NCBI GenBank assembly: GCA_000934665.2
Contig: JYFJ02001287.1
Coordinates: 1-64,000 of the forward strand
Origin: Catajapyx aquilonaris
Taxonomy: Eukaryota
Direction: 5' to 3'
DNA: 64,000 nt
Both the position numbers and the translations under genes were made by a program. The notes under the pieces were generated by a model. That model had not been told where the DNA came from, did no database searches, and saw nothing but the letters and a program-made list of their open reading frames with translations. This document shows positions 50,750-62,399 of the stretch, piece by piece (position 1 is the stretch's first letter; every line of letters starts with the position of its first letter).

Positions 50750-52086
50750 CTTTCCAAGGGCCATGTAACACGGTGTCAGTAGTGCTCTTGCATTTAGATT
50801 TGTCTGTACCAATGTTTACTGTTCCAATTTTGTGTCAATGAGTGAGAATCAAATGATATTTTCATAGTAGAAAGGCCGACAGTTATACTTTCAGTGTTCG
50901 TAAAGCAATGGAGCTTAGGTGAGACGGAGATCTTCGTTCATTTCACTGTAAGCAATAATATTGTCTCATACTCTATACTGCATAGCAAGTGCACGATGCA
51001 ACATTGCCATTCATACACCTGCTGAAATAAAGACAAATTTGAATACCATGTTTATTTGCTTGTCGGTGCTTTTCTTAGCTTATACGCATGTATATACGTA
51101 AGAATGTGTTTCTGGTTGTTACCTTTGCTTGAACAAGTAGAAACAAAATACAGTATAACTGGTAACTCTTTCCATATATATGAACTCATAAAAACTATAA
51201 TTATGTCTGTCATATAAAAAGGAAGTGCGCACGAGTACGCTGTAATAGTTTTTCATAACTTCACGGTATAGTTTCAGTTATGCATAATTATCACCTTATT
51301 ATTTTGGTAACCTTCCCTTTCGAGATAATCCCGTTACAAGTGAACTTGTGTAACCAAATATCCACATCAGCCACACCTCTGATAAGTTTTACTACCCATA
51401 TTTTCAAAAATAAAGTTCTAGCAGTGTATAATTATGTGTATATAATTATTATTATGCATTTACTTTTATTTAAAACAGAGGTTTAAACTAGCCTTGGCCT
51501 GCTTCGTAATCCGAACAAATGCAATATTTATGTTAAAATTTACAACAGCACCTGCTGTTAGGTACTTTATGTGTGCCAGCCATCATATGGTAGCCGTAAA
51601 TAGGACTTTCATTCATTTAAATTTACATTAACGCAACGGACAACGGTCATTTGACAGTAGTGTAACAGCTGTGCACATGTGCTAACTGATAACACAGGGT
51701 ACACGACTGTTCTATTTGCTTTTGTGAGCGCATCCCCAACAGGCCTAAATGAGGAAAACACACCGTACAGTACCGGTATATATACATGCAATATAGAAAT
51801 AGTAGCAAATCGAGGCTATACATGCAGTACCTGTACTACACTACAATAGGCATGTATACATGGTGGATTGGTGGTGTAGTACATTTATAAGATAGTAGAG
51901 ACCCTAATTATTGTGCAGTTGCGAAGAAGTAGATGAGCATCCTGGTGCTGTCAGAGCATCCAGAAATGTACCGTATACGTATTTTCCACCAATGCTGTAA
52001 ATAATGCCGTACCTTTTGTGTGATGAAATTGTTTATTCACCTAATACATTACATGATAATGCATTGTTCTACATTAAACTTTGCGA

Positions 52087-52648
52087 CTAAAAACACCGAA
52101 TTCTACAAGTGTACCTGCCCAAACCAAAGGAAAATAAAGTAGGGCCATCACCATTGTAATCGTCATCGTTGTAATCATTAGCGTTGTTGGGCGAATCGTT
52201 GCCTGACGCTGCTGTTGTCCCATCATTGCTGCCAGCCGTAGTTGTTGAGTTGTCGGAGTTGGTACCTTCAGTAAAAATGCCCAGAGTTACTAAGTTGTTA
52301 AACACATCTATTTTCATTTTATGCACTCATAATGTTCTCACTTTCAGCAGTCGTGGAAGAAGGTAACTTGTCGCATTTGACGTAAGCTCCCATGCATCTG
52401 CAGTCGTAGCAATCTGAAGTGCCTGGCTTGCAGCACTGTCGAGTTGCTTCGGGGCATGTCATAACTGAATACGTTCCTGGAAACAATGGTTTATCAATGT
52501 TCAGTACAATGATGTAAATTCATATCATCACCACCACCATAATTATGAAGAACTTACTTCCGTTGCAAGGGTCTTGAAAGACTCCATCAGCCACCAGGAC
52601 CAAAGCACAAGTCAACAGTACAAGACAGAGAGTATTTATTCCGGCCAT
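52087..52648 (-). CDS. Cluster gene C: secreted protein, 8-Cys domain plus Ser/Thr/Asn/Asp-rich tail
   Basis: Exon-1 donor at 52794; coding exons 52648-52558, 52476-52342, 52265-52087. Protein: MAGINTLCLVLLTCALVLVADG|VFQDPCNGRTYSVMTCPEATRQCCKPGTSDCYDCRCMGAYVKCDKLPSSTTAESTNSDNSTTT...DDDYNGDGPTLFSFGLGRYTCRIRCF. Minus-strand AATAAA at 52032-52037. Confidence 0.82.
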
Positions 52649-54899
52649 GTCTTAGAAGTATCTGCAATAGGCTGTAGCAACAACGAATTGGCCGACTAAA
52701 GTTCAGATTGTATCAAATATTACAGCTTTTTTCTGTCTTCATTGATACAACTGGTCCTTAGCCAATGAAAGAAAACTCGAGAAGAATGTGTACCTGCAGT
52801 GGTACTGAAAAATTGATTGTGGTTTATTTTTGTTGCTTTCTGTGTATTATTGTGAAAATCAGGAGTATATAATAATCATTTCATTGATGTGGATTAAGTT
52901 CGGATCTGCTTACAATTTTGTGCTCAGTGAGGCGAAATCAATTTTTGTCTGCAAAAGATTCTGGTAACTACACAGCGCGTTTTAAAACCTATTTCGTACA
53001 TAGCACTTTCCCATCAGAATGAACAGTTTCATGCAGGCCTGACTTTTAAAAGGCGATGCATGAAAAAATATTTAAGTTTACACTTCACTGGGTTCAGGAT
53101 AATGGATATTAAAAACTATGATGCAATTATTGAAATAATTATTGAAATAAATTGATATTGATATCCAATGCAATTAAATCTGCCTTTACCCCCATTTCTA
53201 ACTATTGTAACTAAGTAAGTGTTGAGAGTACCCTTACGCTGATGCCTTGCAGAGTCCCGATTCGTGGGATAAAACTGATCTAATATCACTTTTGATTCGC
53301 TTCTTATACAAGATATCCAAGGAACTCTGATAATAATGAATTCGCATTTGTATTCGTCTGATGTAGACGTTTCATATCATATTCCACTTATGGCAATAAA
53401 AAGGCTCCCAATATGACATTGATACATCAAAACAGAGTGATAGGCTAGGTCACAACACGTCTTAAGATAACCTTTACTTCACCTACTTTTTCATAAACAA
53501 GCTTTGTAGTGGTGGAATGATGACGCAAACTTCCGGAATAGGACATACAGTGCATTATGTGGTTCTGCGTATAACTGTTTCAATATTACTATTCGTCCTT
53601 CTTGGGATACAGCTCCTGCAGATGTTTGTCGTGACCCACATTTTATTCTCAGAAATGACGGTGGCGTAAACACGTTATGAAACACATTAACTATGCAGGA
53701 GAATTTTAATGAAATTCTGCTGAATTTGTAACCAAACGACAGATGGTAACTTCCCAACATTCAAACACATTTTGAGCCGAAGTACTGACCATGAAAAATG
53801 ATACCCCTAATAAAATTCCTCATAATTATTGCTGGTTGTTCATTATTACTGCGTTAATCAAAAACCCAACAAGTCGAGTTTGGTGATGTCATTTCTAATT
53901 CTCCGCCTATCCTTCTATATATGGTGTCATTGTCTATACAAAGTGGACTGCTGTTATCGTGACAACAAAGAAATTCATTGGCGACGGAAGATGGTTGAGA
54001 ATACTAATAATCAACTTATTACGAACGCGAAAGTAATTCATGTACACCACGCATTTCAAATATATTGTAAGCAAAATGTTCGCATTTCCATAATAAAATA
54101 CCAGGCGATTCTATTTACCAGTGGCCACCACGACAGATGAATGTACTACGTGTGTTAAAATTTCATCATCCACACTTTCAGATAAGGAATTGAAAAACAT
54201 TTTTCTTTGAAATGCATATCAGGCCATCAGTAGCACATTTAAAAAACACATTCATTCCATGCAAATCTTTCATGTTTTTTCCTATCATTTACCCTCAAAA
54301 GAACTTTTCAATGAATTTTTAAGTTACTAGGAAGTCTGGTGTGCGTATTACACAATATAAAAATACGCACTTCACCATCAATATAAAAGTGAAGCGAGTT
54401 TATGGTCAGTTTACTGTTCGCAGAGCAAGAGAAGGTGAAGTGTCACTAATATCATCCACTGAAGCTCACATCAGGTACGTTCAGGTCAGTCACATCATTT
54501 GTCGCAGGTAGCATTATACACTTTCGTTTTTAAACAATTTGAAAAATTGCAATTTCAAGTTCGTTCGCATTTAATTTTCCTTTGGAATTCCGCATGTGAT
54601 AGTTTTGTTATTGCTATTCCTATTTTGTAATTTTCTACGGTAACTATTTTGTGATTTGTTTTTACGCAACAATCACTCAGAGAATTCCTCACAAAATGTA
54701 GGCTACCCTACTCCACAATATTTTAAAATTATTGTCTATGTAGATCCTTTCCATTAATCGAACCATTGTCAAATAGTCAGCGCAGTTGAAGATTAGTGGT
54801 TCTATATCTATACAGCAAAGAGCGTCCTCCTCACGCCTGATTCATGTCGAATAAATTTAATGTAGGGCATAAAAAATATTACAGACTCATTCCCCCAGA

Positions 54900-55463
54900 A
54901 TGAAGATCCTTCACTTGATCATGTTTGCTGCATTTGCTGTTGCCGTCGCAAGCGGCTTCTTCACTAACTGTGGTCCAGGACGTGAGTAAAAGAATATTTG
55001 TTTAGTCCACCTGTCGCGTGTTATTTTTAAATGCATAATTATGCATATAATGTACCTTCTTACATCATTGCAGAGAGCACGATGATGATCAGCTGCCCCA
55101 ATGCCAGCGGTGTTGGCACTTGGTCCCGTGTGGCTCCGCCGAATGATTGCCGCCAGTGTACTTGCCGTCGTGGGTGGTTTATTCAGTACTCTTGCTGCAC
55201 ACAGATGTCATGCCCAGGTATCACAATCATGTCACTTATAAAATAATATAATACTGAATTCCCTCTACTGAACGTAACCTAAGTGTAGCCAATGTTAAGA
55301 AAAGTTTTGTTGGAGAAAAAATATCCAACTTGTTTTGACAAACAGGAAGTTATATTCAAAATTGTTTGCTCGGACTTCATATGACATATCACGTGTGTTT
55401 TTTGTTTGTCTAGCTCCTGCAGCACCTACCACTACCACAGTGGCATCAGCACCCTCAGCATAA
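54900..55463 (+). CDS. Cluster gene D: small secreted 8-Cys peptide with short Thr/Ala tail
   Basis: TATAAAA 54382; exon-1 donor 54474; coding exons 54900-54981, 55074-55217, 55414-55463. Protein: MKILHLIMFAAFAVAVASG|FFTNCGPGQSTMMISCPNASGVGTWSRVAPPNDCRQCTCRRGWFIQYSCCTQMSCPAPAAPTTTTVASAPSA. Confidence 0.87.
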
Positions 55464-56404
55464 TTCCGTCTGGCATAGTGAAACACCCTGCCAGCTCCTG
55501 GGATGGTGATGAAGAAGTCGGTGGAGGGTTATAATACAATCTGAGTAATTGAAATTGATATGTCTGGAAACAGATTAGTTCATTGTCTTTTTTAAAAAAT
55601 TGAGCTTTCTTGACGAGCACTGCAACATTTTTGGTCCTAGTTTTGTGCTTTATCGATTCTGGTGTATGTAGCAGGAGCATACCTGATCAGTTGCAGGTAT
55701 ACTGTACAGGTAGACACATCTCGTTCACTACTACTTTTCTACATGTAGAATTGTAGATATAATAAATTTGATGCATGATCGCATATTGGCATACTTATTT
55801 TGGTTCTAAGAGAAACACCTATACTTGTTCCTTGAATGAAATGCTTGAATTTCTATCAACTTCAGTTGATTGACACTGTGACTTATGAGTTAATTTATTC
55901 AACTAATAATTTATTGCAAAATGTAATTATACAGTTAATAAAGTTTGATGCCCTGCAGTGGATGTACTGTATACCCATTCATTTTGCGGCTGTAGCAGTC
56001 TCCTGCAAACGCTAGCACGCGATTTTCTGTGAACCTTATACGTTATACTGTATAGGGAATAACATCCTGGTTAGTCCGTTTTGCTTCCGAGAGATAGTTT
56101 AGCAGTTGTTTCATAACCAGCAGAATATTCCATGCAGTTCAAATGGACTGATGATTGTGATGGACACATCCATGGGTCAAAATTTCCTTAATCCCTGCGT
56201 TCCATAGCAACACTTGTGCCATCCATAAAATAATGATATCCAGTTTGGATAGATCAAGGAATATATGCTATACACTTCATTCATTATTAGACTGTGGGAA
56301 GTATTGACCATCTTGTATTGCACAGAGCATGATTGTTGTCTCTGTGCATTTCAGGCCGAACCTTTTGCCAGTGTTTTGGTGTTCACGTGATTTGAGCAGT
56401 GGCA

Positions 56405-56463
56405 AAATCTTGTACACTCTTTTAATTAACCATGGTTACTAATTAAAAGTGCGTACAAGATTT
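56405..56463. repeat. ~59-bp near-perfect inverted repeat (hairpin) between genes D and E
   Basis: AAATCTTGTACACTCTTTTAATTA pairs with TAATTAAAAGTGCGTACAAGATTT (2 mismatches in 24 bp) around a short loop. Confidence 0.8.
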
Positions 56464-57596
56464 CAACTTCAACTTACGGGGTGTATCTTAGGGCTGGTTG
56501 TTTGAACACGAGTTAAGAACAACTAAGAAGTTTGCTCTTGTTTACATGAACACAACATGAGCTCGGACGGGTTTTATGACTTCCAGGATATTCTATAGAC
56601 CTTGTGTTTTATTCCCTAAAATAACGAGAAGCCGGCAGCATCCCATCTCTAAAAGCAACGTACTTGTATATGCAGTTATAAATTTTATCACATTTTCTCT
56701 ATTAATTTACAGTATAGGTTGTACAGTAGTCACACACGATGCGTATTTTGCATCTTACAAGGATCACCTTGCATAAAAATATTATTTCAAATGTATAAGC
56801 GCAGGCAAACGCATGTCACTCTGTAATATTATAACTAGCAGCAGGTATTGATGCAAAATAAAGTGTTCAATGATTTCTATATACGGCACTAATAATTCTG
56901 CTCTGGGAATGTTTGTTCCCGTGGCCTCAGGTTTTAAATAAAATAGGCCTGGTCACATCTGGTGAAGCAGAAGTAGGGCAAGGTCCATCCTGGATACTAA
57001 GAACTTTAACTCATTTGAATTTAAAAGGTGTGTCATTCACACTCAAGGTTAAAACTGCTGTTTATTAATAGTTTACTTACAAATATGCATTCCCATTTTC
57101 CTATTAGCAGGGTCATTCGCATTTAATGATCATCTGGAAATTCGCATAAGATAATTTATAGGTCACCGACATGGTATATAACATGTGAAATTTCGATCAT
57201 TTCCCAGCTCCTCTATCTTCTCTGCACGATATTGCCTCCCTGATTTCTCAACTAAGGTAAGTAAGTTATAGTGTAGCAAGTGTGGATTAGTTTTTGATTA
57301 TCCTATTGTATAGTTGTAATACCCACAATTTCTGATTATTCAGCTAATTCCTCACAGAATGCAACATGGTTAATTTTGAAATGATCGTGTGAATTGATAT
57401 ACTGTATTATACTGTATATATCGAGTCATTGTCAAATATTATAGTCACCTCTGTAGTTGAAAATTAGGGGTTCTATTTATGGCAAAGAATCTTCTCACAC
57501 CTGCTTCATAACGAATAAAATAATGTAATAGTAAAGAAGTGTGCATATTACAGACTCAACTTTCCAGTCCTACTGCCTTCATCAATAACATTCAGT

Positions 57597-58142
57597 ATGA
57601 AGACGCTGCACTTGGTCATGTTTGCTGCATTTGCTGTTGCCGTCGTAAGCGGCTTCTGTGGCTCAGGACGTGAGTAACAGAATATTACCAACTGCCAAAT
57701 GTCATTTTCAATGCGCATACTCTTAATAATAATTACACCGTTGCAGAGAGCAAGTTCATTATTAGCTGTCCCTCCTCTGCCGTTGCTGGCCGTTGGAACC
57801 GTGTGGTCCTGCCGGATGATTGCCGCCAGTGTGTTTGCCAGAATTCCTTTTTTTTCCTCTCCTACTCTTGCTGCACAAGAGTGGCATGTCCAGGTACCAC
57901 CTAATCATTTTACTTAATTGATTACCTATACAGTACATAGCATAAGTGTAGCCACTATACTTTACGCCAAGAAAAGTTTTGTTGATCAGAAATATTATAC
58001 GTACCTATACTTGTCTTGTCAAACAGTAGGCTACTGAATATGAAATGGTTTGTTCTGACTTCATATTCCGTGTGTTTTGATTTGTCTAGCTGCAGCAGTT
58101 ACCACTACTGGAACCACGCAGCCATCAACATCAGCCATGTAA
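57597..58142 (+). CDS. Cluster gene E: small secreted 8-Cys peptide, recent paralogue of D
   Basis: TATATAA 57175; exon-1 donor 57256; coding exons 57597-57669, 57747-57893, 58090-58142. Protein: MKTLHLVMFAAFAVAVVSG|FCGSGQSKFISCPSSAVAGRWNRVVLPDDCRQCVCQNSFFFLSYSCCTRVACPAAAVTTTGTTQPSTSAM. Confidence 0.87.
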
Positions 58143-59758
58143 TTTCGGCTTACGTGATGAAGCACCCTGTCAGCTCCTCGGATGGCGATGAAGAATTCGG
58201 CGGAGGCTTAAAATACAATATTATTATTGAAATTGATAAGTCTGGAAGCAGATGTGAGTCAATTGTTGTGGTTTTTATGAGCTCGATCTTGAAAAGCACT
58301 GCAACATATTTGGTCCTAGTTGTGTGCTTAGTCAATAATTTTGGTGTAGGGGCCTACGTAACGAGAGTGTGTCTAATCAGATGCAGGTACAAGTAGACGC
58401 ATCTCCTGCAATGCTATTTACTCATTTGCAGATTATTTTGATGCACATAGATGTAAGTAGATTTGACATATTTTATTCATGATCACATAATATAATATTG
58501 CATAATTATAGATGAGCACATTTATTTCGGTTTGAAGAGAAATGCCCATCATTACTTGCCCCTTAAATGAAAGGCTTGAATTTATGCCAACTTCTGTTAC
58601 ATTACACTGTGACCTATCTCTGTAAGGGTTAATGATCCTACTGATAAAGTTACAGCAAAACACTGTAATTGCAGCCAATAAAGTTTTATACCCTTCAAGC
58701 AGTGGATATACTAATTCATCTGACCAAAAAGGCTTGTTTTACTGTGTACAGCTGTCTCCTACGAGCTCTAAATCAACCATCACCGTATTCGGCGGACACC
58801 TTTGTACCCGTACATAGATTTCCTCCAGGCTATTTACTTCATCTTACATGAACGCTACACCTAATGATAATCCTGGCCAAGGCAAATGATGAAAGTTCGT
58901 TTTGGATCGGACGAAGTGAGCCAATCAACACTGCTTGGGCATAAAATAAATACCAAATAAACGCCCGCATTTACAAAATATATAATCCAGCGGTTTTGGC
59001 GGTTTGCTCAATATTACCAAAAATGTATAAAATGTTATGTAACCATCATTTCTGAGTTGCTCAAGTCAGCTGAATAGAGATTGACGTGTACGCCTGCTAC
59101 AAATATCGACAACTATTCCTTTGCATCAACAAGTTTGTGTGTTGCGCAGCAAATATTTTGCAGCTCTGACCAATGCTGATCGTGTTGTTGCTTTTTACGA
59201 TACAATGAAGCGATGGGCAGCTCTGCGCACTGCTCAACCACAACTTCAAATTCTTTTTAGACAGGTGCAAATTTTTGTCGGATGCTCATTCATACGAATT
59301 GGAATATGCCTATCAATTTATTCACGCTTTGACATGTTGGTGAAAATACGTTTTCTGATCTGAATTTTTTACTGAGAGGAAGTTCGTATAAAAGCCACTG
59401 GTAAAGTATAGTGGGCCACATTCAGATTTTTCTGCCTAAAAGTACTAGCATCTTTCTTACCTGAGGCATCCTCCCTAGAGAAGGTAAGGTTTGGCCTTTA
59501 ATCCTGCTTTCTATAGACTATAACACTTTTTGCAAAAATTGTTATACGGAATTTCGAGTCTGAAGCTCCTTTTAAACTGATGTCCAATTGAGCTTCTGAA
59601 GTTCACCAGTGGAATATAAAAATAAATAAATGTACACAAACTATTAGGGTCTCATATTTATGTCAGTTGATAACGGCTCTGCATTCTAGTTACAGTGAAT
59701 CACACAGAAAATCCTCATTTTTCTGGTCACTATTATAATAAATTCTCTTACAGCCAGC

Positions 59759-60212
59759 ATGAAGAGCGCCATCATTTTGATTTGCATGGCCGTGTCCATA
59801 AATTTGGCTCACTCCTGGTTCTTTCCGTCGTGCCCTACAGGTAAATTATGAAATGCAGTGAATATTCTCAGAATGTGCTTGTTTGCCTCGAATAACTTGG
59901 ACCAATGTTACTAACATTATCAGATCGTAGTAATATGATGATGGTGGCATACCCAAACAACAAAGAGTGGAAGAGAATCGTCGCTAACGACTGTCGGGAT
60001 TGCATGGGTAAGGGAAGCTATTCTTGCTGCAAGAGAATGGATTGCCCAGCGCCAGCCCCTGCCGATAAATGTAAGTACACACCTATAATATGTCTCCATC
60101 AGGGCCAGTCATATCGACAAACTTGTGCAACTGCGTTGTCCTACATGATGTATTGCCTGCCCTGAAGGGTTACGGATACCACCCACAAGTTTCCAACCAT
60201 ATCCTTGCAGAA
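59759..60212 (+). CDS. Cluster gene F: small secreted 6-Cys peptide, essentially tail-less
   Basis: TATAAAA 59387; exon-1 donor 59483; coding exons 59759-59840 and 59924-60070, then probably acceptor 60211, which gives a split T|AA stop. Protein: MKSAIILICMAVSINLAHS|WFFPSCPTDRSNMMMVAYPNNKEWKRIVANDCRDCMGKGSYSCCKRMDCPAPAPADK. The last exon is uncertain. Confidence 0.8.
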
Positions 60213-62399
60213 TAATCGCCATCTATACTGGTAGGCTATCCAGGATTACCTGCATGGTAATGTAAGTAGGAATCCCAGAACAGGAAATGACTCTGTGTAC
60301 AACAATTGGCATTTAAAAAACTGTGTGTGGTTGTCACTATAACTTTTTTGTTGTACTGGATGTTGATAGAGAGACGCATTAGTAATTTTTAGCAATATTA
60401 GGCACTCCTCATTTGCACGTTTTTGTTAAGTACATATTGATGGTCAGTTGCATGAACACAAACTGTTGGATTATGCATAGGTAGCCCCTGCTTTACGACA
60501 GTTCATTTTACATTTCACATTATTAACAACCTTTTCAAAATGACCTAAGATATAACAAGTTTTGATAAAAATTTGCAAAAAAAATTAAAATACGGTGAGA
60601 AAAGTATTCGAAATAGTAACACACCTACGTCATAACCCCTTTGAGTCCAAACATGCAATAGAGGCTTTCGTTTTTAGTGGCCCATTGTGTCAAGATGTAC
60701 AGTACACAGATACACAGTAATGTATTACTGGTCTTGGCAGTCCCCAAAGCACTGTAACAACTGTTGTTGCAATACACTTCTTGTACTACAATATTTCACA
60801 GAGAAGGGAAATGGGTCCTCAGAACATGATAACCCTTAATCTAGAACCTCTCGTTAAATATGTGCATTAAATGTTTTGAATACTCAGTGTAAAAAATAGA
60901 TCAACATTACTATGGAGGTAAAATTTTGGAACCTATTCCAATCAATTACATTATAATTTTGTCTTGTTTTACGACGTTTCACTTTACAACCTTGTTATTC
61001 TCATACCTAAGCATGTTATAAAACTGAGGCTACCTGCATTGTGAATACATAATCGAATATTTTTCATTTTATTTCATGCAACAGACCATGAATGTTTATC
61101 TGCTAATATTCTGATTTATATCAAGAGCTAGCTCATGTTTATATACATACAAATCAAGAAAGATATAATATTTCCATTTTTAGCTACAGCAAGTTCAAGT
61201 TCAACTCCATCAACTAAGAAAAGTCCTGACAAGAACTAACTGTAGGAGAACACTGACTGTGAGAGCCAGCAATATATTAATCCAGTGACATTCATTCACC
61301 AGAAAGTTACAAGCAATAGCAATGGTACTTTTAAGCATAAGACCTTCATGAATCATATGATTTAAAATACTTCTCTGTAGCAGGCCTGCACAAACTAAAT
61401 AAAACACTATTACACATTCTCTCATTGATGCTGTGTTATTTAGCATTGTGTTACTGCAAAGAGTCAGATCAGCTCAAACCCTTCTGACATTTAAACCATT
61501 CGTCAAGTAAGAACCAGCTGCATCAACACAATGCAGGGATGTTCTGAAAGAACCGTGGTTTTATCAAAACTGGGCTTGGTGAAACTGGCCCTTAGGGACA
61601 TTATTCTGGCGATGTGCTGGTATTCACATTCCGCACCTTAGATTTTCTCCTTCATATGAGTTAATTCAGCAGGTCTCTTACTTCTGATTCTTGCCTGTCT
61701 CACTTCACAAGCTAGCTCTACTCTATGTAATAGGTAAAATGCATTTTATTCAGCCACTAACGACCAATTCCCCTCCTGTCTCTCCACGAACATGGGCTGG
61801 CAATAGTTAGGCTGAGTTTTGTGATCCCATTCATAAGTTGTCGTGCTCTGTTATTCACTATTTTGAACATTATAACCAACAATACACCATAGAAACAGAT
61901 ATTCATCCAGTTCTCATCATGGCTTGCCATACAATATTATTTTGTGGCACTCAGAACACATGAATAATTTGGCTCAACTGACTATTCAGTGTCATATATC
62001 CAACCTGATCTGAACAGACTTGTAGTGACTTTTCTGTAAGGAAGCCAGATTAGAGCACAAAAACCTGTGCTGCTGGCATTCATTACTGCAGAACCAGGTT
62101 ATGACAGCCACACGGATGGCTAGGGATTGCTGGAGGGATGTCACATGGGCGAAAAAATGAGTGAAGGTCTAGGAAGGTACTAAAAGATAATAATATTCCT
62201 ATCGCCTGCCTGAAACTTGCAGGAAATGAAGGTGCTTCAATCATGTGCACATGCTAAAGATTATTATTGGTGCTGGCCATTGCCAATTCATGCCGCCCAC
62301 ACCGCCTAAGTCCTGATCCTCCTGAAAGCTGCAGAAAAGATACATTAGTTGTGGTTCTAAAGTTGTTTTATTTTGCCAGAGGTGATGTGTAGGAGAGAA

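Noticed and set aside
50149..50757. 202-aa proline-rich ORF on the minus strand
   Set aside because: It is the antisense shadow of the GGN-codon Gly-rich tail of gene B.
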